Of a stretch of 64,000 nt of DNA, positions 38,949-51,599 are shown piece after piece. Each line of letters starts with the position of its first letter. Position 1 is the first letter of the stretch. Source of the DNA: Eledone cirrhosa (Eukaryota); assembly GCA_964016885.1 (NCBI GenBank), contig OZ024740.1:65472001-65536000 (forward strand), written 5' to 3'. The position numbers and the translations under genes are program-made. The notes under the pieces were generated by a model, which did no database searches, was not told where the DNA came from, and was given only the letters and a program-made list of their open reading frames with translations.

Positions 38949-38996
38949 AATCCTGATGATTTCTAAAGAATGAAACAGTTCTAGTCCTGTAGAATC
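38949..38996 (+). ncRNA. Type I hammerhead ribozyme, weak stem I
   Basis: CTGATGA-t-ttc taaa gaa-t-GAAA-cag..ctg-TA-ga. Confidence 0.68.
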
Positions 38997-39733
38997 TTAG
39001 AAATTGAGGTTTATTTACAAAAGGAAAAATAACCGAGGTGTCCTACACGAGTGAAAGTATAAGGAAAAAGAGATGAAATCGAAAATGCAACTGGAGTCTT
39101 ATTTTTTAAAAATTATATATATATTTATTTGGTTCCTTTACCGGTTTCGCAGTTCTTCTGCTTTTCAAAAGTAGATTTGAGATGGAGGGTCTGTGGTTTT
39201 TCTCACATCTGATGTGAGAAAAACCACAGTATGTATGTATTTATATGTATGTTTGTTGTGTTTGTGTGCCTGTGTGTGCGCGTGTGTGTACGTGTGAAAG
39301 TGGGCGCGTGTGTGAATGTGCTTGTTGACACCTGGAATATAAATTAAGAGAAACTTCACAATAAAGGGAAGCACCCCTAACTCAAACCTGTTTATAGAAC
39401 ACTTTCTGCCTTTTTCACCCTTATTTCAGCCATAATGAATTAGCTTCTAAATAATTTCCTTTTTCTTTAAACCAATGAACCCCACCCATCCTCTAGACAC
39501 CTGACTTACAGGCATTGTTAGTTTAAGAGATAAACAAGTATTGATATTCCAATTGGAACCAATACAGTACCCTTTCTGCCTTTGTGAATATAAATTATAG
39601 CTTTAAATTATTAGCTTTTAATGAACTCCCTTTTCTTTAAATCCATTAACCAATGACCTCCACCCATCCCAATCCCCACCCTCTCCTACCACCAGAAAAT
39701 ATATAAATACCACCACATTTACTTGGACAGTCT

Positions 39734-39782
39734 GCTTCCTAATGATTTCTCATGAATGAAACAGTTCTAGTCCTGTAGAATC
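39734..39782 (+). ncRNA. Type I hammerhead ribozyme, core G>A
   Basis: ttc-CTAATGA-t-ttc tcat gaa-t-GAAA-cag..ctg-TA-gaa. Confidence 0.6.
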
Positions 39783-39864
39783 TTTTCTATATTAAAATAT
39801 TTATACTCTGCTATGTATTGAGTGCCTTACTTAATGTGGTTACCAGCGATTGAACCCGGAATAA

Positions 39865-39901
<37 letters not shown>

Positions 39902-39908
<7 letters not shown>

Positions 39909-40368
39909 ATCATGGTAGGACAATATTGATAGCATGGAGAATTAAAAAAGAACATGAACATTTTTGAAGCATTTTACAACATACATATCCGCACACAGGC
40001 ACCTATCTGCAGTTTATAATGATATAATGAATATGTATGCATGTATATATATGGATGTATTTATGAATGTATGTATGTATGGACGCATGTACGCTTGTAC
40101 ATGCATATACAAACATACATACTTACATAAATACATGTACAAGCGTACATGCGTACATACATACATGCGTACATACATACATACATTCATAAATACATCC
40201 ATATATATACATGCATACATATATACATACATACATATTCATTATATCATTATAAACTGCAGATAGGTGCCTGTGTGCGGATATGTATGTTGTAAAATGC
40301 TTTTAAAATGTTCATGTTCATTTTTTTATTCTCTATGCTATCAATATTGTCCTACCATGATCAAATAT
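39902..40368. repeat. Fold-back inverted duplication, about 200-bp arms, left end at (TA)n
   Basis: 39902-40103 is the reverse complement of 40134-40368, apart from microsatellite slippage and a few substitutions. Confidence 0.9.
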
Positions 40369-40379
40369 TTCGTTGGAAG

Positions 40380-40448
40380 ATGGCAAACGTCACAGAACTA
40401 AATGCGGAATACGAGCAAACAAACTTCAAAGTAATCGAATGTTCAAAG
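40380..40448 (+). CDS. Candidate host coding exon (MANVTELNAEYEQTNFKVIECSK), unidentified
   Basis: aagATGg start, 23 open codons and an AAG|GTATGT donor. No recognisable protein. Confidence 0.25.
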
Positions 40449-41786
40449 GTATGTTGTTTTGCTAGCTCTTAATAATAGATACACTGCCACTACACAGGAA
40501 GCAATTGACGTGCGGTAGTAAATAAATTATATTTTCGTACATGACCTTAAGGCTTGTTTATTACCATACATATAATGTGTTTTGAATTTTTTTTTACATC
40601 ATTAAAGAAGGAATATATTTGTTTTAATGTACCTTTCTACTTCGGTGATTTATATTTTATTCTCTATATTGTGATGAACTGTAAAGTCAAACCCAGCATA
40701 ATGTGAACATGTGAACTCAGAACATGAAAGGCATAAATCAATGATTCAATGCACCTAGTTCTATTTAATAGTGTAAAATAACCAGCCAACAAGTGTGTCT
40801 CTTCGCGGTCGCTGAAGCTACTGGGAATGACACCCGAATTCCCTCAAACTTCATGTTAGGACGGACATATTTGTCAGTGTTATTTTACGATATATAAATT
40901 CCCAGGTACGTTATGAGTTGAACCTCTCTGATCAGAGTGCTCTTCTATCACACCTGAAGAGTGGTTAAAAATAAAAACAACAACAACCCCAACAGCAATA
41001 ACAATGTGTTTCCTCTTATGTTGATAGCCGCGCAAAATCTAGAGGATTGTAGTCCATATATATTTTCAATGAACCCATCAATGCTGCAAACAAAATAAAC
41101 GCCATTTTCTACAGTTTGTTGAATTCCAACTATTTACACGGATCAATTCGTAAATTGCGAAGGTATTGAAAATATTCATGACATCAGTCTAGATCGACAA
41201 ATAGTTATTCGATTAGAGTCAAAATCCCTGGGAGGTAAACACAAAGTTGGAATGTCCGAATTTATCTGCAGAATAAATCCACAAAATAACATACAAGAAA
41301 ACAGCTCACACAATAATGCACTTAAATAAACAGAAACACTCAATATAACAATCTACTTGGACCATTCGATACACAATCGAAATAACATACCATAAAATAG
41401 GCATTGGGAGATATGTAATAAATAATATATTCTGATATCTGTTACAATGAATGTGAATAGAAAATATAATGAGAGGAACTAGAATAGGGTAAAATAAGAA
41501 TGAAAAGAAAAGAAAACACTCAATAAACACCAAGATGTAAAAGCACCACCTAAAAGTACAGGCACCTCTATAAAATACTAAAACAGCTTCATGAGAAGGA
41601 GATTCAGTCTAGCTATCTGTATGGAAATTTATCAATACATAACTGACACACTCATGACCGACCCCATGGAGACTGTTCTCCAAAAAGGTACATATATAAA
41701 ACATCGATACGTGCACATTCTCTAATTGTCCCGTCACCAATGACGAAATGTACATGAGATAGAACATACAAAATATGCTCCAGGTT

Positions 41787-42000
41787 ATACATTGGCAGAA
41801 CAGTTCGAAGCTACACATAGGGATCAAAGAAGACAAAATTACGAGTTTCTCCTCCTCTACAAAAGCCACACACATAAATATGTATATATATATATGTATA
41901 TATACATATTTATGTGTGTGGCTTTTGTAGAGGAGGAGAAACTCGTAATTTTGACTTCTTTGATCACTATGTGTAGCTTCGAACTGTTCTGCCAATGTAT
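41787..42000. repeat. Palindrome, about 100-bp arms centred on a TA run
   Basis: 41787-41890 is the reverse complement of about 41897-42000 with a few mismatches. Confidence 0.9.
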
Positions 42001-43088
42001 CTTTACATGTGTGTATGTGTGTAGGTGTGTTTATGTATTCATATACACACACATACAGTATAATTCGGTTGCTTCAAATGGACAGTCCAGACCTCCCATT
42101 GCATCAATAGTATCTGAATTAAGAGAGCTAACTGGGATGAAAGCGACGCTCGCTGGACAAAAGAATTAGGGCACAAATTAGGTTTATTCGACGCATTACA
42201 CAGAGAAACTAGACAAAGTTTGCATACGAATATGAGAGATAAAAGTTACTACAATGAAATGTGACACACATATGCATGTAGGTAACCGTAAGAGGAATAG
42301 AGAAGTAATGTGTGTATACAATGGACATACTCGATAATGAGGAGGCAGCCATCGTATATGTATGTATATATACACATGCATACATATACAGAAGGAAAAG
42401 TGAAATCAGGCACGGCACAGTTTAGTAATGATACACTTAGGAACAAGAGAAGAGAAGAAAATGAACAAAAACAAGGCAAAAGAAAACCAATTTTTCGAGG
42501 GAGAAACATTAAAAATATATTTTTAAAAATATAAATTCAAAGGAAAGACACATAAATCCAGATTCTTCAGTCGTTGAGATGGAGTATAGCGGTTTCCACA
42601 CCAAACAACGGCACTCATCTCCCACCGGGTGTCATAAAGTCTGACACAAGAGAAAACGCGGTTCTTTGAGCAAGATACAAGACAAAACAATAATTTATAG
42701 CAATTAAGCTATAACATATACACATACAATTTTATGTGACGTCGGGTAGAAAGTCTTGTAATGGTTGTAGCAGGAAAGGCTCATGAAACAAAACGAAAAG
42801 AAAAAAGGAAGAAGTAAGGGAAAATGCATGAAGAATAAAGTAAGGTATCGTGATAAATCATTTCAAATATTGGGAGCGTGTCTTTTACTCCTTGGACATT
42901 GCTTTGGCTTGTGTCAGATACTGTGACTCCGTGTGGAACAGTACTGTCATTTGTAGGAGCACTGTGTCCTTCGTTTGGCTTTCTATTAAAAAAAAAATTG
43001 TAAAGTTCCCCCTCCCAAAGTTATTCTTCTTTTTGTCTTGTTTTCGTCCCTTATCTTGTCTTGTGTTTGGTAATTTCCCAAAGAGTAT

Positions 43089-43167
<79 letters not shown>

Positions 43168-43679
43168 ACACACATATATATATATAGATATGGGTGTGTG
43201 TGTGATTATCGTGTAGTACTTCACTAGAATATTTGGTAAGAAGAGATGAGATATAAGCACATGACAATCCTGGGTTCGTCAGGAGTTTAAAAACGCACGA
43301 ATATGTTACATATAAACGATTGTTACATATCGTATTTGTAACGACGCTTCTGGCAACAGAGTATTAAAATTCACTATTTAAAAACAAACAAAGGTTACGA
43401 ACTTACATGTTTCCTTTATTTCAACGATCGTTTCCATTTGGTTATAATCGTACATGTATTTGAAGAAAAACTTGAAATTATTAGATAACAATTAAATACA
43501 CTGTGCATATTCCCTGCAATTCTCATATGCTTAGACAATTGTAAAGAACACAATTAACGATTACCAACCTCATAAGGTTTCAAGAACAAAAACAATATGA
43601 AAAATATTTAGCGTAGAGCAAGCAATTAGATTCAAAAGATATATTATATCGATGGAATTGTTTAAGGATATGCGGATTG

Positions 43680-43991
43680 TACAGGGTGGTCCAAAAAGTA
43701 ACGAGAAACAGTTTATATTCCCATCGCAGTATCGTCCACTTCGGAGGAGCTGGTTTACCGAATCTCGCAGTAGCATCATGTCGCACATCCGACATGCTCT
43801 TGCGAGAATGCACACGATCATGTGTCCGTACACTTGCAAACAGCCTCTCTTTCAAACTCTAGGAGCTCTGAAATAGAAAATTACGGGGTCTATATAATAA
43901 TGATACTATATATTTTATTATTAAAACAAAAAAATACTAAAAGTTAAAACAATATGTGACAAGGGGTTATAAGACTTTCGGACCAGACTGT
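43680..43991. mobile_element. Possible Tc1/mariner-derived remnant
   Basis: ta-cagggtggtccaaaaagt at 43680 and, on the reverse strand, cagtctggtccgaaagt at 43990 resemble degenerate TIRs. Confidence 0.4.
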
Positions 43992-44133
43992 GCATGGTGT
44001 GGTTAATAGTTTCCAGTTGTTCTGTAAATAGATGTACATTTATAACCGTATTGAAATTAACGTAGAAATAAAGGAATAGAAGTACTTGCGTAACAATGAT
44101 TTTTTTCTAATATTGAATTATATATATCTATTG

Positions 44134-44174
<41 letters not shown>

Positions 44175-45759
44175 ATTTTTGACTAGTCCAACAACAAATA
44201 TATCCAGATTCCAGCACATGCTGAAAGACCCTTACTACACTAAGGGTTTATGTTGACACAGTAATTCAAATATCTTATACAACCGTAAGTAGGAAGTACT
44301 TGATTTAGTTACGGATATCAGGGAAACTATTTGAATTAATGTAACAAGAAAAATGTGCTTGTACTTCATATTACTGATTTTTCAGAAACGTATAAGGGAG
44401 ACATTCTGTTTACTGTACACAATTATATACTAGTCAACGTGATGTAAATTGTAATTCAATTTATTTAATCGCTTGCTCACAAGTTTATTCATTAATAATG
44501 CTAAAATCTCTTGACTTTCTACATTTATCAATAGTCCTGATTAATCACCATTCTAAAATCTGAATGCCTGTAGCTCACTATTATGAAATGTTTTCTTCAA
44601 AAATCTGTTAGCTACATGTCTGACGCAAAATATATTGCTGCTATATTGTGTACAACAATTATTAGGATATATATATATATATTAGAGATTTATATTGTAT
44701 ATAGATTAGATGAATAATAAAATAAGTTACAGGTCATCAATAATACGATTTTCCTAGTTCAGTTTATATTCCTTATTTTAAAAGATAAATATATTCTGTA
44801 TATCTACCTTAAGTTTTAATCCTCGATCATGATCATGCTGTTTATTCCTGGATATATATATATCTCGTACCACATAGTATTTAATATATTCTGGAGTTGT
44901 GTGTAATTGCTATTAGTTTAGAAATAAGTGTTCTATGTATACTCCTCTTCCAAATGAAAAGAAGCGATTCATCGATCAGAGACGAATATTTTGGAAATAT
45001 ATTGTAGATATAAATACTAAAACAATAATTACAATATATTAATGCTACTAACAATTATAATGGTATAAACATTAACCTATCCCAGACATTTACACATTTA
45101 AATGATTAATTAACTTGCTGTAGTCAGCTGGATACACTGCTCAATTCTATTGTTAATTACACCCGCCAGCCTCATCACATGTATTTCAGGAATTATGTGA
45201 TTTCGGTAATATAGCAGTAAACTGAGTGGTCATGGATACAATACAGTACTGGTTGGTGGTAGGGTTAATAAAGTTGTTAGTTATCCCATTTGAAACTGAT
45301 GAATTAAAGAAATAGATAAATACGGGGTGGGTCACAAGTAAAATGGCAATCAATGCATTTTTTTTATTGCAAGGTTCACAGATCACTTTTTGAACATTCG
45401 CTCGAAAATGTTTTGTGGTACGGGGTCAGCTTTTCGAAAAATTACTTTAATTACATTTTAAAATTATCTTTGTTGGATGTGTATATATTTTCGTACTGTA
45501 TGACATGACCAGTGTTTTAGTAAATATTATAACTTGGAATATAAAGGTTGGCCTCTCTGCTTACTTATGACTCACACTGTGCACTGCAGGCGTGATCATC
45601 GTGTCTTTTAATGTACTTTTGTTTACGTTCTCCAATGTACTATTTCCCTCTTTATATGAAGTATCGTATGTTTTGAGTTACATTTAATTTTTATCTCCGA
45701 GTAGCGTAGAAATCTTAAAAATGCACAGATATTAATGTTTTTTCTTTAGGAACAAGACT

Positions 45760-45890
45760 AGCAATTTGTGTGTGTGTGTGATTAAATTGACCCCAGTGAG
45801 TTACTTGTGTTTTATTTATCGACCCCATAAGGATGAAAGGCAGAGCTCACCTCAGTGGGATATGAACTCAGGACGTTAAGCCTCGTAACA
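45760..45890 (-). mobile_element. SINE family 1 fragment
   Basis: tttatcgaccccataaggatgaaaggca...gaactcag. Confidence 0.75.
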
Positions 45891-46649
45891 GATATAATGG
45901 TTAATGTTTAGATATATTTGCATTAATACTGCCGAGTAATTTATTCATTTACTCTGTCGGATAATCCTGTTTTTCTCTCTCTCTGTTCTTCTGTCTTTCA
46001 CTTCACCTCTTTCTGAATTTTTTCCACATATGTATTCACATTCTCAAAAGAGACAACATATTAAAAATTTGATCGGCATGTATAGATTTAAGTTTAATGG
46101 CCTACATTCGTTATATTTGGAACTTTCTCATGTGTTTTCAAATTAACAACACAAAATCAACACATTAAAATGTAATTGTGCATAGCGTATCGTTATTGAT
46201 GTAAATAGGACACATATTCTCTCCAATCCGCGAGACTTTACATTTTTATTCGATTTATTATATATAAAATTGAAAGTTCTTTCATACTTAAATAAAGGAC
46301 GCGCAATTGAGATAATGTAGCTCCAGATTAATTGGACGGCATGATAATGGGTGGAATGGTTTTCATCATGAGGTGCAGTGCTTGGGTTTGACGAAAAATG
46401 ACATCAAAAACAAACCCAAACGAGGGATAAAATGGCATGAATGATACCCTTTAAAATTTTGACTAAACTATCAGATTATCTTCTGAAAAGGACGTGGACA
46501 ATACGAGCTTATGTTTGCAGATCTATGGTAATGGATTTCAAATGTCATTCTAAACTCGTTACACCCTCGCATACCAACAATACACAAACAAAGAAACACA
46601 CACACTGAGTCACGCAACGACTACACACACACACACACACACGCATATA

Positions 46650-46732
<83 letters not shown>

Positions 46733-46758
46733 TCACCTTTATAGGCCTGAGGATCTGA

Positions 46759-46799
<41 letters not shown>

Positions 46800-46804
<5 letters not shown>

Positions 46805-47239
46805 ACTACTTTAAAACAATAGCGTAAGGTCTTCAGAATGCTTTTAATTAAACTTACAGTGTATTGCAAAATACACTATATATATATTCATATATATATC
46901 GCTATTTCACAGCACCAATTCTAATTTTCAATTTCTGCTGGACAGGCAACCGTTCTGTATAATCAGTTCCTGATTATTACTGGAATTCTATAAGAATCCA
47001 ACATTCATAATTTTTAACAAGGGGAGTGGTAAACTCTGAAGAGTACCAACAGTACGAAACAGAGATCTGTCAGCTCATCTCCCTTTGTTTGCTGAAAAAA
47101 GAAGTAAGTGGCATAGTCACTACTTTAAAACAATAGTGTAAGGTCTTCAAAATGCTTTTAATTATGCATACAGTGTATTGCAAAATACACTATATATATA
47201 CATTCATATATATATCGCTATTTCAGAGCACCAATTCTA

Positions 47240-47242
<3 letters not shown>
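46800..47242 (+). mobile_element. Retrozyme-like partial tandem unit, period 314 nt, between (TA)n
   Basis: 46800-46926 repeats at 47114-47242, with one hammerhead per monomer. Confidence 0.82.
47032..47075 (+). ncRNA. Type I hammerhead ribozyme
   Basis: aact-CTGAAGA-gtac caaca gtac-GAAA-cag agat ctg-TC-agct. Confidence 0.8.
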
Positions 47243-47279
<37 letters not shown>

Positions 47280-47403
47280 GAAGTAATTCCATCGGAAAAG
47301 TCCAGGAAAAAAGAGTGCTCTATGTAGGCAACAGAGCTTAATTATTATTATTATGTAAGAAACCACTGGTAAATGGAATAATTGCCTTATGTTGTTTATT
47401 ACG

Positions 47404-47568
47404 TACGTAGGTGATATTTTAAATAAACATGTTTTAAATAAACATGTTTTAACGGTCTATTCTCCGATTTTTCACTTTCCCACGTATATATATATATATT
47501 TTACGTAGCTGATATTTTAAATAAACATGTTTTAACGGTCTATTCTCCGATTTTTCACTTTCCCACGT
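47404..47568 (+). repeat. Direct repeat of about 65 bp separated by a TA run
   Basis: tacgtag.tgatattttaaataaacatgttttaacggtctattctccgatttttcactttcccacg occurs twice. Confidence 0.85.
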
Positions 47569-47581
47569 ATATATATATATA

Positions 47582-48165
47582 TTTTAATTTTTAATTTTTA
47601 AAATTTTCTTATTTTACGTCTTTCATATAATTGTTCTGCATCCCCCTGCATAGAACCACCTAGGTACTATGACATAACTTATGTACTTGCTAGCATTAGT
47701 GTACATCTGTACGCATATGTTGGTAAATATACTAATTCTCTATATTTATCTCCAAATTATTTATTTGTTGAGCAAACTTGCCAAATCCACTGCTAATTCA
47801 TGGTAGTGGTAGTAGGCTCTTGTCATAATACCACCCCACTCCTACTGACTAGCCTCCGTGCAGGTGATTGATTATTTAGAATCTGCCACTTGACCAGAGA
47901 CAGTGAACTTTTTCAGTGCTATAGAATTCAGTCCCCGCTAGCTGTTCCATCCACTGAATTATTATTTTTATATGAGTTCCTAGTGTCCGCGCATCGCCTG
48001 GGAACTTAGCTGAGAATAGACTCCCTGATGACGTAATGAATTCTCGATAGTTACATTGCGTAACTATATTTATCCCATTACAGAAACTAATTAGTTGGAG
48101 TGAAAATTTTAGTAAGTAAGTTAATTTTTAATTTTTAAAATGTTCTTATTTTACGTCTTTCATAT
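47582..48165 (+). mobile_element. Retrozyme-like unit, period 537 nt, with short terminal direct repeat, between (TA)n
   Basis: tcttattttacgtctttcatata at 47607 and 48144. Hammerhead at 48020. Confidence 0.75.
48020..48101 (+). ncRNA. Minimal type I hammerhead ribozyme with extended stem II
   Basis: actcc-CTGATGA-.gtaatg..atagttac/gtaactat..cattac.-GAAA-ctaattag-TT-ggagt. Confidence 0.82.
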
Positions 48166-48255
48166 ATATATATCTATATATATATACATATATATATATA
48201 TGCATATATATATATATATATAGGGATAGATACACGCATGTACACACACATACAC

Positions 48256-48339
<84 letters not shown>

Positions 48340-49549
48340 ATATGTGAGCGCGTGCGTGTGTGTATGTTTGACTGTGATTCTATGCTCGTTAACATTGTAC
48401 ATTTCTCCATACCTCGCTCATATAACACTCTCACAAAATATATGCCGGCTAGTGTTATTCAGGGACATTCTCCGATTCAATCAAAATTCGTGGATTATTA
48501 TGCCGAGCAAGTACTTTTTGTGCTCATCGTATCCAGTCATGATTACGGCCTTACATTGGCAAGAATACTCAACAAATGAAATTAGCAACACCATTTCAAA
48601 GCCTATTCCACAGCACGCATTATGATTTTAGCTGCAAGATAAAAGCATTCCTATTGTGTATAGTCAGTTCAAAAGCATATTTGAATGTGAGCTGCTTCTC
48701 TTTCGTTATTACAAAATAACAATAGAAATAACAAGCATATTGAAACAAATTTTCTGAAAACGAGCTTTTTAATACACTCTAATCGTAATTACCTAATGGT
48801 ATTTCTGCAAACGTTTCTGCAAAAATATTACGTTTGCCTCACACATGTCTCACACACATATATATATGTACTTATCTATACATACATACATATACACACA
48901 CGCATACACACTCACTCAAACGTGTGTGATTGTCTGTGTGTGCGCGAGTCTTTATGTCTGTGCGTTGTTAAATAATCAACAAATAAGACAAAAGTTGAAG
49001 TCATTAATTAATCCATTGTTGCACTATATTGTTCTGAGAGAAAAAATATCGATGTGCAGAGTAATGGATGGAAGATATGCAACTTTAAACCATTATCCTT
49101 CTATTCACTTGTCCATCCCCAAGTAGCAAAGAAAAACTTATCGACATAAGCAACGAACTAGCGTAAATTACAGCCAAATATCATAACATCCAATACAAAG
49201 ATATGTCACACTTAAACATCAAATTGAAAATAATTCGTTGAAATATTTATCGCACCTCAATCACACAAACCCTCATGTATAATTTAGTTGATATTTGGGA
49301 ACATTGGTTCAATGGGCTTTCAATAGGCATAGATATTGCCGGGTATTTCCGCAAGAAAGCACTCTTTTATACGTCTTCACATTAACTATCACATCTTATG
49401 TCGACATCTATCAGACAAACCTATGCGCATAATATCAAACAGAAATGCAGGGGCATACAAGCACAATCATATACACATATATGTGAATACACATAGACAC
49501 ATACATACATACATGGTGGCTGCCAACTCGTTTTCGAGTACGGCCACTA

Positions 49550-50120
49550 ATTTATATCCATGTAGGAGAACCCCTACCGATGCGCTGAACGAGTGTGACT
49601 TTTTAGTCCACCCAGCGACTTGAAAACTCTGGTACAAACACGACACTTGTGACAATTATTGACACATAGTGCTTTGCCTTTGGTACCATGTGACGACAAG
49701 TGCAGAGAGATATCCAGATATAAAGCAATGCCTGTGCCGTGAAGCTTTTATAGTGAGCAAAGGCACTGCACAAAGCCAGTCCCACTCTCTTAACCAAGAT
49801 GATATTTATCAAAAAGAAGAACAAGTCAACATCATTGGATACCATCAGGGTTGCAGGTGTTATATCAGAGTTTTCCTTCTCCTAGAATTCTGCCTTGACG
49901 AAGGCTAAGGGGTCATCTCTCCCAGTGATTTTGGATAGCTATTGACTCTTAAGAGCTCCTTTGCCCTCTGACAGGTTTTGTTTTTAGTCCTGCAGGATGT
50001 CCAAAGTCACCCTCCTCACCAAGAAACCTTGGTGGGGTTGCCAGTTTAGTCGCCAACGACCCGACCATGAGACAGGTTGTACTGGGATACATGTTACCAG
50101 TAGCACCAAGTGGTGACCTG
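49550..50120. mobile_element. Unclassified retroelement-like fragment
   Basis: More GC-rich block ending at (CATA)n. Resembles LINE UTR/SINE sequence, with no diagnostic motif. Confidence 0.3.
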
Positions 50121-50151
<31 letters not shown>

Positions 50152-50236
50152 CATACATATATATGTGCGTGTGTGTGTGTGTGTGCAGAAAGTCCAGTAA
50201 ATCCGAAGAAAACAAAGTCAGCACTCAGTGCAGAGT

Positions 50237-50652
50237 GTATACCATAAGGACAAAGTGAAAATGTTACATAGGAGATTTATAGCTCAATCGCGGATACAAA
50301 TATTTCTCAAGCAGCTGGTGTGTGATCTGGGATGGCACCCCTAGACCAGACTCCAAGTCTACCTGATCCACTGTTAAAACAACAAAAATCACATCAAAAT
50401 CTGTGGATGAACCACCAAAGATACAAACAACGTGTTTGGTCATTATATATGCTTGTTTGTGTCTTTCCTGGTTCGTCCACAGATTTCATGTGATTTTTAT
50501 TGTGTTAACACTGGCCTGAGGATCAGGCAGACTTGGAGTCTGATCTGGCGGTGCCATCCCAGATCACAAGCCAGTTGCTTGATAAACAGTTGTAACCAGG
50601 ATTTAGCAATAAATCTCCAATGTAACACCTTCACTTTGTTCTTATTATATAC
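50237..50652. repeat. Diverged fold-back, about 195-bp arms, with a tail at 50186-50236
   Basis: 50237-50430 pairs imperfectly with 50453-50652. Confidence 0.8.
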
Positions 50653-50655
50653 ATA

Positions 50656-50743
<88 letters not shown>

Positions 50744-50755
50744 CACACACACATG

Positions 50756-50797
<42 letters not shown>

Positions 50798-50802
50798 CAT
50801 AT

Positions 50803-51000
50803 AACGAAGGAAATGTGGTAAGGAACCAGGTGGACCATAACGCACCAAAGTACTCAATACTTAGGGTAGTAGAGTGGGTAATAGGAACGAGTAGAACCCC
50901 GACGGCTGAGCTCAAGCCGTCTCGACGGCTAATTCTGGACTCCAGAATTAGGCGTCGAGACGGCTTGAGCTCAGCCGTCGGGGTCCTACTCATTCCTATA
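50803..51000. repeat. Fold-back: 59-bp arms with 1-nt loop plus about 78-nt tail, between (TA)n
   Basis: 50881-50939 pairs with 50941-50999 (3 mismatches). Confidence 0.9.
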
Positions 51001-51024
51001 TATATATATATATGTGTATGTTGT

Positions 51025-51072
<48 letters not shown>

Positions 51073-51075
51073 TAA

Positions 51076-51146
<71 letters not shown>

Positions 51147-51147
<1 letters not shown>

Positions 51148-51345
51148 GTACATACATATATGTATACAGACGTACAATAGTATGTATATACATACATAAA
51201 TGCACACATATATATATATATATATATATGTACGCATGGGTTTACCGAACATTTATTATAATGCTCGCTTTGTTTGTATCAAACAGTCCGAATTAAGCCG
51301 TACAGTGTTCGGCAACCATCGTTGCCCTTTTGTTCAACACTGACA
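51147..51345 (+). repeat. Unclassified microsatellite-embedded repeat (same family as 27100-27306)
   Basis: Shared gggtttaccgaacatttattataat...cggcaaccatcg...ttgttcaacactga. Confidence 0.75.
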
Positions 51346-51599
51346 AAGGAACGATGAACTAGTTTCTAGCTTATTAGCTGTCATCAGCACCGTATACATT
51401 CCTGTCAATCGATTGAAATTTTGAAAGTATATACACAACAATTGTGTCCATCTACGGATGAGATTAAATGAAATGAAAGAACTATAACTTGGATTTAAAT
51501 CCGAATTCATTTCGATATATACAGATGAATTTTAAATAAAATTAAACGTTCTCAGACTTGAATACACTTACAGGATTATATACACACACAAACATATAT

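Larger units (their letters stand above)
38925..39866 (+). mobile_element. TA-bounded non-coding unit with two direct hammerhead copies and 19-bp imperfect terminal inverted repeats
   Basis: Hammerheads at 38949 and 39734. 38925-38943 pairs with 39847-39865 (3 mismatches). Confidence 0.6.

Noticed and set aside
39191-39229. CTGATG..GAAA inside a hairpin as a hammerhead
   Set aside because: There is no CUGANGA or three-stem junction; it is a simple perfect palindrome.
42540-42640. Possible minus-strand hammerhead remnant
   Set aside because: Only partial GATGA and GAAA motifs are present; the core is incomplete and the stems ambiguous.
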